Virus record (IMG/VR): IMGVR_UViG_3300046832_001626
Reading direction: 5' to 3' (one strand)
Length of the DNA: 64,000 nt
DNA from: an uncultured virus (IMG/VR IMGVR_UViG_3300046832_001626)
Lineage: Duplodnaviria > Heunggongvirae > Uroviricota > Caudoviricetes
Position 1 is the first letter of the stretch. The number at the start of each line of letters is the position of its first letter. Shown in pieces: positions 16,662 to 24,786 of the stretch. The position numbers and the translations under genes were made by a program. Under the pieces are notes generated by a model that had not been told where the DNA came from, ran no database searches, and saw only the letters and a list, made by a program, of their open reading frames with translations.

Positions 16662-17486
16662 TTAACCACCACCTGTAAACTTTGCAGGTCTCTTTGGTTG
16701 AACTTTTGGTCTTCCGTTTGGTTTAGGTGTTGTAATTGATGGTTTTCTTCTGCCAGTCACAACAACGCTCTCAAGAACTTCAGTTGATCTTTTCTGTCCT
16801 GTTACAGTAACACCAACGAGCGTATCTGTATCGCTACGAGTTCCAGTAACAGTAACGCCAAGTAGTGTTTCTTCCTTTCTTGTTCCAGTAACAGTAACGC
16901 CAAGAAGTTCATCAATAATCTTATTATTTTCAGTTTCTGAACTCTTCAAATTTCTCCAGTAACGATATGAGAAACTCACATCAAGTCTAGAAACTTCTTG
17001 CTCAGACCAATTTCCTCGAATTGATCCCACCTGGAAAGGATATGCTTCTAATAATTCAATGCCATAAGAAATAGATCTACCATCTTCAGTAATTTGATAC
17101 ATGGTCACTTTTCCGATATAATCATCTCTATATCGCAAATCAAATCCTCTTTCTTTAGGATTAATATAGTTTACCCAAGCGTCAAAAAACTTTCTTTGTG
17201 ACATCTGGTCATCAACCAAAAATGTAACAGTTGCTTGATTATAGTCAGATCTAGTTGGATATGCTACAGCTGGACCATTTAAATTAATTGTATTAAGAAG
17301 CAAGTCATAAGATGGAATCGTTACTGCTTCTGCATAATAGGTAAATGAATCGGCTTTAAATCCTCGCGTTAGTGCTGCAGGAGGATTAATACGAACAGCA
17401 ATTCTATTCAGTCTAGAAAAACCATCAAATTTGGTTCGACTGATAAAATCTGATATATTTAATGCACTATATGTATCAAATGCCAT
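16662..17486 (-). CDS. gp54: Tail tube initiator (gp54-like, gp19 fold) with C-terminal TonB-box-like repeats
   Basis: Tube-fold motifs 'FSRLNRIAVRI', 'QRKFFDAWVNYI', 'LLEAYPFQVG', 'LDVSFSYRYW', followed by four L.GVTVTGTR/LESVVVTGRR repeats. Confidence 0.75.
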   Translation of the reverse strand: MAFDTYSALNISDFISRTKFDGFSRLNRIAVRINPPAALTRGFKADSFTYYAEAVTIPSYDLLLNTINLNGPAVAYPTRSDYNQATVTFLVDDQMSQRKFFDAWVNYINPKERGFDLRYRDDYIGKVTMYQITEDGRSISYGIELLEAYPFQVGSIRGNWSEQEVSRLDVSFSYRYWRNLKSSETENNKIIDELLGVTVTGTRKEETLLGVTVTGTRSDTDTLVGVTVTGQKRSTEVLESVVVTGRRKPSITTPKPNGRPKVQPKRPAKFTGGG

Positions 17487-18034
17487 TATCCATAACTCCT
17501 CATATTTTCAACAGGTAAGAATATAGCAGTTTCCCAGTAATTTGGCTCAATGTAAATTATTGGTGATAGCATCTGATCATACAAATATCTGCGCATACAC
17601 TGTTGAATACCTGAGAATTTACTCATGCCTTTCAATAGATCATAAGACATAACAAATCGTGTACTATCGTCATATTTATCGTTATTCAAGAACATGTATA
17701 AATTGCCAAGAATTGTGAGTCTGCTTTGGGGTGGGAGAAAATGAAAGTTTATTCCAGTAAAACCATCGCCTGTGACCGTTGTTGGAATCACCAGTGGAAA
17801 CTCATCCCATTGTGACAATCGTTCTTTTGTCAGTGGATCGTATCTAAAGAAAAACATACGACCGATAGCTGCGAATGGAGTGATTCGTTTAGCGTCATTC
17901 AGAATGTTAGATCTGTTTGTAGGAATTCTAGCCTCTGCAACCTTACTTTGTATGAATTTCTTAGCCTGTTCTGTGCGGTGCGTTATGCCTGCTTTAGACA
18001 TTTGACGGTCTATTTTTTCAAATAATGATGGCAT
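17486..18034 (-). CDS. gp2: DNA end protector protein
   Basis: 'GRMFFFRYDP..K..L..WDEFPLVI...GFTGINFHFLP', 'WETAIFLP'. Confidence 0.9.
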   Translation of the reverse strand: MPSLFEKIDRQMSKAGITHRTEQAKKFIQSKVAEARIPTNRSNILNDAKRITPFAAIGRMFFFRYDPLTKERLSQWDEFPLVIPTTVTGDGFTGINFHFLPPQSRLTILGNLYMFLNNDKYDDSTRFVMSYDLLKGMSKFSGIQQCMRRYLYDQMLSPIIYIEPNYWETAIFLPVENMRSYG

Positions 18035-18468
18035 TAGATACCTAAATGATCCTCGGTTATAACGTTAAATTTCCAGTTCCTATCCTTACAATATTCTGTC
18101 GCCGCCTTCCATTTAGCCTCATTCACTCCCCAGTTCGCGACTTCTTGAATATATTGCCTTGTAACTCGACTTTTCATTTTAGGAGGGGCGGCTTGGCTCT
18201 TAGGCTTGACCTCTAAAATAACACTTTCTTCTAATCCGTTCTTATTCTTAACTTTAACATAGAAATCTGGGAAATACCGATGCCATCTTCCATCAACAGG
18301 GGATAAATATGGAATAACGATCTCTTCGTTTGACCAACCAATAACGTTCGGATTTTCATCCAAATGCACCATTACTCGACGTTCCCAAAGACTTCTGTAC
18401 CAGATGTTCTTATGGTCGCCTAAATATTTGTTGATATTTTTTGGATTGTATTTTCCGCTGTAAGCCAT
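18034..18468 (-). CDS. gp4: Head completion nuclease
   Basis: 'AYSGKYNPKNINKYLGD..NIWYRSLWE', 'HRYFPDF', 'VNEAKWKAA'. Confidence 0.95.
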   Translation of the reverse strand: MAYSGKYNPKNINKYLGDHKNIWYRSLWERRVMVHLDENPNVIGWSNEEIVIPYLSPVDGRWHRYFPDFYVKVKNKNGLEESVILEVKPKSQAAPPKMKSRVTRQYIQEVANWGVNEAKWKAATEYCKDRNWKFNVITEDHLGI

Positions 18469-18472
18469 CAGT

Positions 18473-18480
18473 TATTTATA
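18473..18480 (-). promoter_or_regulatory. T4-type late promoter for the minus-strand operon
   Basis: TATAAATA on the minus strand, 4 nt before the gp4 ATG. Confidence 0.75.
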
Positions 18481-18490
18481 GGAATTATAG

Positions 18491-19729
18491 ATGAGCACAA
18501 TCACCTCCCAACCTTCTGCTCTCAATCCAGGGAGTACTCTTGAAGAAGTTGTCGTTTCTGGAACCAGACAAGGGGATCGATTAGATGAAATCATTGTGGG
18601 TGGAACTCGAGTCGGCAGCGACAAATTAAATGGAGTTGTTGTAACTGGTACAAACGCTCCGATTGATGGACAAAGACTTGAGGGAGTAGTTGTTACGGGT
18701 TCAAAACGTAAAAAAGCCGAGCCAATGCATTTATATTATCCAAAGGCTCTTGCAGACCCGACTGCAGAATTTAAAAACGCAATTCAATTTACGGTATATC
18801 AACAGATTAATTCTTATGCAACTGCACCAGATACAATTCCCCCAGTAAGACAGTTACCAGAACAATTTAAAAATAATCCTAAATTTCCGATAAGTGCTGC
18901 AGGCGCAACTTCAGCATTTTTCTTAACAAGTGGCATAAATCAAGCGATTCCATTATTAGGGAGCGCCTCACAAGCTGCGCTCGATCTAGTCGGTATTGGC
19001 AAATTTGGGCTTGACTATTTTATGCAGGGTGAGAACTCCTCATATGGTAAAAGAACCAATCGGATTGATCAATCAATCACTCTTTATATGCCAGACACAA
19101 TGGTAAATCAAGATAAACACGACTATCAACCTGCATCATTGACGGCAGCAGCTGGAAGAGCTGGAATTTTATCGCAACTAAGAGCATTTGGTGGTTCAAA
19201 TATCGGTGGTCTTGAGGTTGCTGCAGAACTTGCTTCCAAAGCAGGAATTTTAGGAACTCGTGCCACAGAAGCATTATTAGCAGGATATGGTTATGCAGTG
19301 AATCCAATGCTTGAGATGATTTATGGTGGAACTCAACCAAGAGAATTCTTGTTCCAGTTCAGATTTGCGCCAAGAAATAAAGAGGAAGCAGAAGAAGTGA
19401 TAAAGATTATTCGCGCATTTCGTTTTCATGCAGCAACAGAAAGTGCTGGCGGTAACGTAGATACTCAATCTGGGACAGGCAGCAGATACATCGTACCACC
19501 CAATCAGTTTGAGATTCAATTTCTCCGTAGAGTGAACGGCAGATTAGAAGAAAATTTATCAATTCCTAGAGTAGCGACTTGTATGCTTGCAGGAATCAAT
19601 ACAAACTACGCTGCTCAGTTAGATACTTTTGCGACAACCACAGATGGAATTCCAGCTTCCATCAGTCTAGACTTATCATTCGTCGAAAGCGTTGTCATCA
19701 CAAAGAACGATATAGGAAACGGATATTAA
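18491..19729 (+). CDS. gp48: Baseplate tail-tube cap with N-terminal TonB-box-like repeats
   Basis: 'ITLYMP', 'VNPMLEMIYGGTQPREFLFQFRFAPRNKEEAEEVIKIIRAFR', 'LDLSFVES'; four L[ED]..VV.GT[RK]-type repeats at the N-terminus. Confidence 0.85.
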   Translation: MSTITSQPSALNPGSTLEEVVVSGTRQGDRLDEIIVGGTRVGSDKLNGVVVTGTNAPIDGQRLEGVVVTGSKRKKAEPMHLYYPKALADPTAEFKNAIQFTVYQQINSYATAPDTIPPVRQLPEQFKNNPKFPISAAGATSAFFLTSGINQAIPLLGSASQAALDLVGIGKFGLDYFMQGENSSYGKRTNRIDQSITLYMPDTMVNQDKHDYQPASLTAAAGRAGILSQLRAFGGSNIGGLEVAAELASKAGILGTRATEALLAGYGYAVNPMLEMIYGGTQPREFLFQFRFAPRNKEEAEEVIKIIRAFRFHAATESAGGNVDTQSGTGSRYIVPPNQFEIQFLRRVNGRLEENLSIPRVATCMLAGINTNYAAQLDTFATTTDGIPASISLDLSFVESVVITKNDIGNGY

Positions 19730-20616
19730 TGTCATATTTTATTAAATTTCCTAGAGTATTATATTCTGTAAACAAGGAAGGGACAAACCCTAAACTTATT
19801 CCAGACTTAACTGCACGTGTAAAGTTTTTAGATCAAGTAATTTCTAATCAAAATCTTTTCTTCAAATATGAAGTCAAGGGTGGAGAAACTCCAGAGCAGA
19901 TTGCTCATCGTGTGTATGGAGATCCTGAGAAACATTGGATTCTTTTACTAGTAAATCAGTTGATTGATCCGCAATTTGATTGGGTTCTTGGTCCATATGA
20001 ATTTGAAAAACATATCAAACAAAAATATGCATCTTTAAACGTCAGTTTAAAAACCACAGAAACATATCCAATTGGCTATACAGTTGGTGAAATTGTGTAT
20101 CAGGGTTCAACATATGATAAGTCGACCGCCGAAGGAACGGTTGTTGCATACAACTCTGGAACTAAAACGCTTCAAGTTAAATTGCCTTCACAAGTTTTAG
20201 CAAATGGAAGCAATATAACTGGCATTTCTTCTGCACAGACTCATACGATTGTTGCAATCACCAACAATCAAGATGGCTATCAGTGGGCAGTTAATAACAC
20301 AAGTCACTATGAAGTTTCTGAAACACGATCAAGCACATTTGATCCGACATTCTCTGAGGTGAAGAAATATAGAGTAACAGCTAATTCTTATAATCACTCA
20401 ACAAATTCAGTCATTGCAGTAAATACAAATACCTCATATTCAAATAGTTATACTCTTGCTGATAACACAGTGTTCACAATTGCAACCACTGTATCTCCAA
20501 TTTCTTACTACGACTATGAACTTGAACTCAATGAGAATAGAAGAAGAATTGTAGTACCAAAATCATCTATCATCGGTGCTATCGAAACGCAATTTAATTC
20601 ATTTATGGCACAATAA
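19729..20616 (+). CDS. gp53: Baseplate wedge subunit
   Basis: 'MSYFIKFP', LysM-like 'YEVKGGETPEQIAHRVYGDPEKHWILLLVN', 'YDYELELNENRRRI'. Confidence 0.9.
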   Translation: MSYFIKFPRVLYSVNKEGTNPKLIPDLTARVKFLDQVISNQNLFFKYEVKGGETPEQIAHRVYGDPEKHWILLLVNQLIDPQFDWVLGPYEFEKHIKQKYASLNVSLKTTETYPIGYTVGEIVYQGSTYDKSTAEGTVVAYNSGTKTLQVKLPSQVLANGSNITGISSAQTHTIVAITNNQDGYQWAVNNTSHYEVSETRSSTFDPTFSEVKKYRVTANSYNHSTNSVIAVNTNTSYSNSYTLADNTVFTIATTVSPISYYDYELELNENRRRIVVPKSSIIGAIETQFNSFMAQ

Positions 20617-21941
20617 TGAGAGAAGAAAATCCTAGTGGCAAGGCTGGTTCACAGCCTAGAACAGAATATGATTATTTTCTACAAGAGCTGAAGATTGTTA
20701 ATGCTCTAGGTGCTAGCATTGATATTGACAATGTATTTGAAGAGATCAATATTTACGAGGACATTTTTAGTAATGTATTAAATGGTGACATTACAATCAA
20801 AGACTCTGCAAATATTATCAATCGTATGCAGATGCACGGTAATGAGTTTTTGTCTATAAGTTTTAAAACTCCGTCTCTAAACAAATACGAAAAAACATTT
20901 AGAATCTACAAAATTACAAATTTGAGCATGCGTCAAACTTCTAACGCATCATATAAACTTCATTTTTGTTCTGAAGAATTTTTCATCAATCAGCAGTATA
21001 TGATATCAAAATCATTTAAAGAAAAGAAACTGTCTGATGTTGTAACTACAATTGCAAGAAACTTTTTAAGAATTTCTGAAAAGAAATTACCTGCAAATGA
21101 AATTGAAGAGTCGACTTTACTTATGTCCATTGATGATAGCCCATTGATCATCCCAAACATGAGACCACTTGAGGCAATTAATTGGGTTTCTTCTTTTGCA
21201 TTGAGTAAGTTTGATTTATCCCCAGGATTCTTTTTCTATGAGACTACGAATGGGTTTACTTTTAGATCATTCAGTAATCTATTAAGTGGGCAAATTAAAA
21301 GAACAATTTACTATGCACCAAAAAACGAAAATCCGTCAGAATCACTCGCGTCAAAACATGATAAACTTGATCAATTCGAAGTTAAGCAGATGTTTGACAT
21401 GCTTGAGGGGATAAACAGTGGTGCATATGGTTCTAGAATTAAGAAAATTGACTTCTTGAATAGAAAAGTAGAAAATGAGAAGTTTGTATTGAATAATAAT
21501 ACTTTTACCACGCTGAATCAGAATATTCCTTTTAATCTAGCAAAAAATCGATTTAATGATCCTGTCAATGGATCTTCATCATACGAACGATTCTTTCCGA
21601 AATTTCAGGGTGATTTGGTTGGACGTTGGTTGTTAGTTAGAGCATCTAGAATTGCATTGTTGACTGCCACTAAAATGCATATTGATATTCCAGGTGACAG
21701 CATGTTATCTGTGGGCGATATTGTAAAACTAAACATCCCCGAAAATGATGCAAAAGTTGATATTCAAAATATTAAACTAGATTCTATGCTATCAGGAAGA
21801 TATCTAATTACTGGATTAAGACATCAACTATTAGGTGATAAATATTTTGCGCATGCACAGCTCTGCAAAGACTCTGTAATCTTCAATTTAAATTATGCGC
21901 CTCCATATAACTCAACTTGGAATTTGGTAATTAATTCATGA
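20616..21941 (+). CDS. Baseplate hub / tail protein (gp27-like)
   Basis: 'INIYEDIFSNVLNGDITIKD', 'FFFYET', 'IPGD..LSVGDIV', 'LSGRYLITGLRH'; lies just before gp5. Confidence 0.7.
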   Translation: MREENPSGKAGSQPRTEYDYFLQELKIVNALGASIDIDNVFEEINIYEDIFSNVLNGDITIKDSANIINRMQMHGNEFLSISFKTPSLNKYEKTFRIYKITNLSMRQTSNASYKLHFCSEEFFINQQYMISKSFKEKKLSDVVTTIARNFLRISEKKLPANEIEESTLLMSIDDSPLIIPNMRPLEAINWVSSFALSKFDLSPGFFFYETTNGFTFRSFSNLLSGQIKRTIYYAPKNENPSESLASKHDKLDQFEVKQMFDMLEGINSGAYGSRIKKIDFLNRKVENEKFVLNNNTFTTLNQNIPFNLAKNRFNDPVNGSSSYERFFPKFQGDLVGRWLLVRASRIALLTATKMHIDIPGDSMLSVGDIVKLNIPENDAKVDIQNIKLDSMLSGRYLITGLRHQLLGDKYFAHAQLCKDSVIFNLNYAPPYNSTWNLVINS

Positions 21942-24367
21942 AACAGATAAAGAATTTCATAGGATTTGAGGGTTTCATTTGGTGGGTTGGTGTTGTTGAA
22001 GACCGCGACGATCCTGAAAAAATTGGAAGATGTAAGGTAAGGATTTTTGGTGTCCATAGCGAAGACAAGAGCCTCATCCCAACAGAAGATCTTCCTTGGG
22101 CGATTCCTGTTTATTCAATTAATAATAACGATTCATTCTCTACTCCAAAAGAGGGTGAGTATGTCATTGGATTTTTCTTAGACGGCACATTCAGTCAGGC
22201 ACCTGCCATGTTAGGTGTTTTGCCAGGATTCAATAATCAAACTCCACCAGAAGGTGTGGGGTTTGGAGACATGAGGACTGCTGAGAAGATTAGAAAGTCG
22301 CCGAAAAAACCAGTCGCAATTGATTATCCAGAAGCAAGATCAGGGCACCCGACTGCAATCAGCGGAAACATTATTAATGATGGTGTTGGCGTATCAAAAT
22401 TAGTCACTGATAGTATCATATTGCATTTACCATTATCATTAAATGCTCGTCCATCTTTGACAGATGATGGACAAATCATTATCGGTTATAATCATAAAAT
22501 TACGCAAAGAGAATTAAACCAAGGATATATTCCACTCAGAAATGGCGAAAATGTTGCGGTTAATGGTCTGATTGGTTATGAGACTCGAATAACAAAGTCT
22601 CAAGCAAAAGTTTTATTAGATATGGATATAGTTAACACCATTGTTTCTGCACGAGACTCAATTGGCTCAACAACATGGGATTCTTTGACTGTTCCTCAAA
22701 AAGCTGGATTAGTCTTGAATGCATACCATCTTGGAACAAGAACAGACTTTGAGAAATCTGGCGTTAGATCTGCGGTGACATCGGGTGACGTAATTCGTGC
22801 TGCCCAACTTTTAAGTTCTGAGATGTTGAAATCATCCACAGGAAAATATTTAAAGAGTGAGGAAGGAATTGCGCATATCGCTGCAAGTCTATTTAAATCA
22901 ATACCAAGATCTAGTATTGCCTCTACACGCGCAAACACAGCCTTGAATACAAGTCCTGTTATTGTTGCAGGCGCAGGCATTGGCGTACAAGTCCACGAAT
23001 CTAATATTGCTGAAGATGAAAATGCGCTTTCATTAAAATATCCAACACCAGAAGAAATTGGTAAGTCTTCATTGAGCGATCTTGTATCATATGAAGATAA
23101 GACTCTTATTCAAAAGTTTAGAGAAAGATCTCCAGTAAGCGCAATTGGGGCGAATAATGAGTCCTGGACTGAACCAAGTCCAGCCTATTCTGCAGAATAT
23201 CCACACAATAAAGTTAAAGAGACTGAGTCTGGTCACGTATTTGAGATGGACGATACGCCATATAACGAGCGCGTACATCTAGCCCATCGCTCTGGAAGTT
23301 TTATTGAATGGTATCCAAGTGGAACAAAGGTTGAGAAGGTTGTTAAAAATAATTATAAGTTAGTAATGAGCGACGATCACATTTATGTCGCTGGAAAGGT
23401 GAACGTTGTATTAGAATCAAATGCACATGTAAAGATCGTAGGTGATTGTTTCTTGCAAGTTGAGAATGATCTAAATGCTTCAGTTAGCGGAAATGTTAAT
23501 TTCTCTGTCGGAGATGCCTTTAATATCAAAGCAAATACTCTCAAATTCGACATTGCGCAAACTTCAACCATTATAGCGGCAACGCATAGCACAACAGGAT
23601 CTCCATTGACAATAACTGCTCCTCCACGCAGAGGAACACCTACTGCAACGCAGAAGTTTTTAGAAGCTGATAAGGTTGTCAAATTGAGCGATGATATCAT
23701 TAGAGACAACAATAGGATTTTAAAGGACTATTTGGCAAATCCATACAATTTCCCAGCCACTTATAGAAATGTAAAGAGATATATTGCAACCTCTCCGAAG
23801 TCTGGTTCGGATCTAATCTATAAGAATACTGTTGGCGAAAGTCTAATTTTAATTAACGAGACTGCAAACATATCAAAGTGGTTGGACAAACAATTAGAAT
23901 TAGCGGCGAATGGCTATTGGAGAGAAACTGGATTCGAGTTAACAGGAGAGATTCAGCCTTCTAATCCTAATATTCTAAGCATGTGGAGAAATTTAGGGTT
24001 TACTCTCGAATATTGGACTCAAAGCGACCAGACTGTATGGGCGATGGCATTCGTTAATTATGGTCTAAAGCAAAATGGATATCGCTATGTTCAAACTCCA
24101 CATCCAAGAGATCTTGAAATTCGATTTGAAGATTATAGATTTAGTCGTGTAAAACCAGAGGATGCTCGAGCAGGAGACGTGGTTCTTTGGGCTAATGATC
24201 ACGTCAACTTTGTTTATGAAAATATTAATGGAACTCTTAGATTCGTCGGTGGAGCGCAACCACCAGACTCAAGATTAGACATCGGAGACGGTCGTATTGG
24301 CGATGTATCTATTGTTGGTGATGGAGGATGCCCAATTGTTACCATTCTCCGTCCTTCCAACACATAA
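21938..24367 (+). CDS. gp5: Baseplate central spike with degenerate lysozyme and NlpC/P60-CHAP-like domains
   Basis: OB-fold 'WWVGVVEDRDDPEKIGRCKVRIFGVH..LPWA', 'YPHNKVKETESGHVFEMDDTP..ER...HRSGSF', beta-helix repeats. Confidence 0.92.
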   Translation: MKQIKNFIGFEGFIWWVGVVEDRDDPEKIGRCKVRIFGVHSEDKSLIPTEDLPWAIPVYSINNNDSFSTPKEGEYVIGFFLDGTFSQAPAMLGVLPGFNNQTPPEGVGFGDMRTAEKIRKSPKKPVAIDYPEARSGHPTAISGNIINDGVGVSKLVTDSIILHLPLSLNARPSLTDDGQIIIGYNHKITQRELNQGYIPLRNGENVAVNGLIGYETRITKSQAKVLLDMDIVNTIVSARDSIGSTTWDSLTVPQKAGLVLNAYHLGTRTDFEKSGVRSAVTSGDVIRAAQLLSSEMLKSSTGKYLKSEEGIAHIAASLFKSIPRSSIASTRANTALNTSPVIVAGAGIGVQVHESNIAEDENALSLKYPTPEEIGKSSLSDLVSYEDKTLIQKFRERSPVSAIGANNESWTEPSPAYSAEYPHNKVKETESGHVFEMDDTPYNERVHLAHRSGSFIEWYPSGTKVEKVVKNNYKLVMSDDHIYVAGKVNVVLESNAHVKIVGDCFLQVENDLNASVSGNVNFSVGDAFNIKANTLKFDIAQTSTIIAATHSTTGSPLTITAPPRRGTPTATQKFLEADKVVKLSDDIIRDNNRILKDYLANPYNFPATYRNVKRYIATSPKSGSDLIYKNTVGESLILINETANISKWLDKQLELAANGYWRETGFELTGEIQPSNPNILSMWRNLGFTLEYWTQSDQTVWAMAFVNYGLKQNGYRYVQTPHPRDLEIRFEDYRFSRVKPEDARAGDVVLWANDHVNFVYENINGTLRFVGGAQPPDSRLDIGDGRIGDVSIVGDGGCPIVTILRPSNT

Positions 24368-24393
24368 ATAAATAACGGTTAGAGGAACCATAA

Positions 24394-24786
24394 ATGTCAA
24401 GAACGGCTCGCGTATATTCGGATTTGGATTTAAATTTTAGTAAACATCCAATTACAAAAGATGTCTCGCTAAAATTAAACGAAAACGCAATCATTGGGTC
24501 AATTAAAAATATTGTTTTAACAAATTTTGGTGAACGACGATTTACACCCAACTTTGGAAGTAATATTCTAGCGATGATGTTCGAGCCTCTAGACGACATC
24601 ACGGCATATAACATTAGAAAAGAAATTGCGACAAGCATTTCAAACTATGAGCCTAGAGTTAAATTAGACTTCATAAATGTTGTTCCCAATTTTGATAGAG
24701 ATGGATTTGATGTGACTGTCAGATTTTATCTGCTTAATTCCGTCAAACCAATAACCACAAACTTATTTCTACAAAGGTTAAGATAA
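24394..24786 (+). CDS. gp25: Baseplate wedge subunit
   Basis: 'YSDLDLNF..HP', 'GERRFTPNFGS', 'YEPRV'. Late-promoter-like CATAAATA at 24363. Confidence 0.95.
   Translation: MSRTARVYSDLDLNFSKHPITKDVSLKLNENAIIGSIKNIVLTNFGERRFTPNFGSNILAMMFEPLDDITAYNIRKEIATSISNYEPRVKLDFINVVPNFDRDGFDVTVRFYLLNSVKPITTNLFLQRLR

Noticed and set aside
19579..19728. N-terminal extension of gp53 in the ORF track
   Set aside because: It overlaps gp48. The gp53-like sequence starts at ATG 19729, coupled to the gp48 stop (TAATG).
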